From Elusimicrobiota bacterium (lineage in GTDB: Bacteria; Elusimicrobiota; Elusimicrobia; Elusimicrobiales; Elusimicrobiaceae), in the NCBI GenBank assembly GCA_023398295.1, contig JAEWSL010000010.1:2268-66267 (forward strand): DNA of 64,000 nt, read 5' to 3'. The notes beneath the pieces are model-generated. The model ran no database searches. It was not told the DNA's origin and saw only the letters and a program-made list of their open reading frames with translations. Position 1 is the first letter of the stretch, and every line of letters starts with the position of its first letter. The translations under genes and the position numbers were made by a program. Of the stretch, positions 63,538-64,000 are shown piece by piece.

Positions 63538-64000
63538 TAGATATAGTCAGCGGCGGACAGGGCGGCGACGAAGGCAAAGGCAAAATAGCGGCCTATCTTT
63601 CCCACACGGGCAAATATGCTTACTGCGTGCGCATCGGCGGGCCAAACGCGGGACACACCGTTTTATATAAAGGGCAAAAATACACGTTAAAAAATATACC
63701 TTCCGGCTTTATCAACCCAAAATCAAAACTTGTTTTGGGCGCGGGCGCTTATATAAAAACGCAGTGGCTTCTTAAAGAGGCGGAATTTACCGCCACAACA
63801 GACCGCCTGCTTATTTCCCCAGACGCGGTTATTATTGAAGACCGCCATACACAAGCCGAACAAAACGACGAGCATTTTATGAAAACCGTCAGCAGCGTAG
63901 GCACGGGGCTCGGGCAGGCAGTAAAAGAGCGCATTGAAAGACGTCCTCTTAAATTTGCAAAAGACGAGCCTTTGCTCAAAGACTTTATCTGCGACGTCCC
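63534..64000 (+). CDS. purA: adenylosuccinate synthetase, 3' end outside window
   Basis: My own translation from the ATG at 63534 (ATGA overlap with the purB stop) reads MIDIVSGGQGGDEGKGKIAAYLSHTGKYAYCVRIGGPNAGHTV, which carries the PurA P-loop GDEGKGK and GGxNAGHT. The frame stays open to the end of the window and is not in the ORF track. Confidence 0.85.
   Translation, partial: MIDIVSGGQGGDEGKGKIAAYLSHTGKYAYCVRIGGPNAGHTVLYKGQKYTLKNIPSGFINPKSKLVLGAGAYIKTQWLLKEAEFTATTDRLLISPDAVIIEDRHTQAEQNDEHFMKTVSSVGTGLGQAVKERIERRPLKFAKDEPLLKDFICDV

Overview
This 64-kb window is a mostly housekeeping chromosomal segment from a diderm bacterium, as shown by LptD, SurA-type chaperones, an autotransporter and several OMP genes. 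The PilE-type pseudopilin, the Pmp-like autotransporter and the gene order are reminiscent of Elusimicrobiota, but that lineage call is only a guess from memory. I can support 57 protein-coding genes (two cut by the window edges) and one tRNA-Tyr(GTA). I saw no rRNA, CRISPR array, transposase or phage genes. The genes fall into eight blocks. (1) GHL10-rmuC, an orphan pilin, and gdhA. (2) An 18-kb same-strand (minus) string: tpiA, deoC, [giant P/Q-rich protein, DnaA-like ATPase, lipoprotein], comM, dprA, topA, xerC, glk, lptD, tdk. (3) An APC antiporter, two SurA/PrsA-type PPIases followed by pdxA, and lemA-htpX. (4) Two tandem M24 Xaa-Pro peptidases, efp, a small secreted protein, DUF192, an OMP and ogt. 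(5) A Pmp-like autotransporter. (6) lepA, DUF3089, mreC, mreD, mrdA, rodA, DUF2344 and rng. (7) A dagK-like kinase, then hpf, hprK, rapZ, a Man-family PTS (IIA-IIB-IIC-IID), ptsH and ptsI. (8) alaS, tRNA-Tyr, rplM-rpsI, a DMT transporter, an OMP, an MscS-like channel, and purB-purA. Four things are not explained by ordinary annotation. (a) Four intergenic copies of a non-coding, modular, nested inverted-repeat (MITE-like) element family with terminal inverted repeats of about 45-50 bp and strong internal hairpins. (b) A tightly packed three-gene module: a 1242-aa P/Q-rich, apparently disordered protein, a DnaA-type AAA+ paralog that lacks the DNA-binding domain IV and carries an unrecognised C-terminal domain, and a lipoprotein. 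(c) An hpf-hprK-rapZ cluster fused to a complete mannose-family PTS. (d) A signal-peptide protein with two SpoVG-like repeats that overlaps the end of efp. All functional calls come from reading motifs in the supplied translations; no database search was run.
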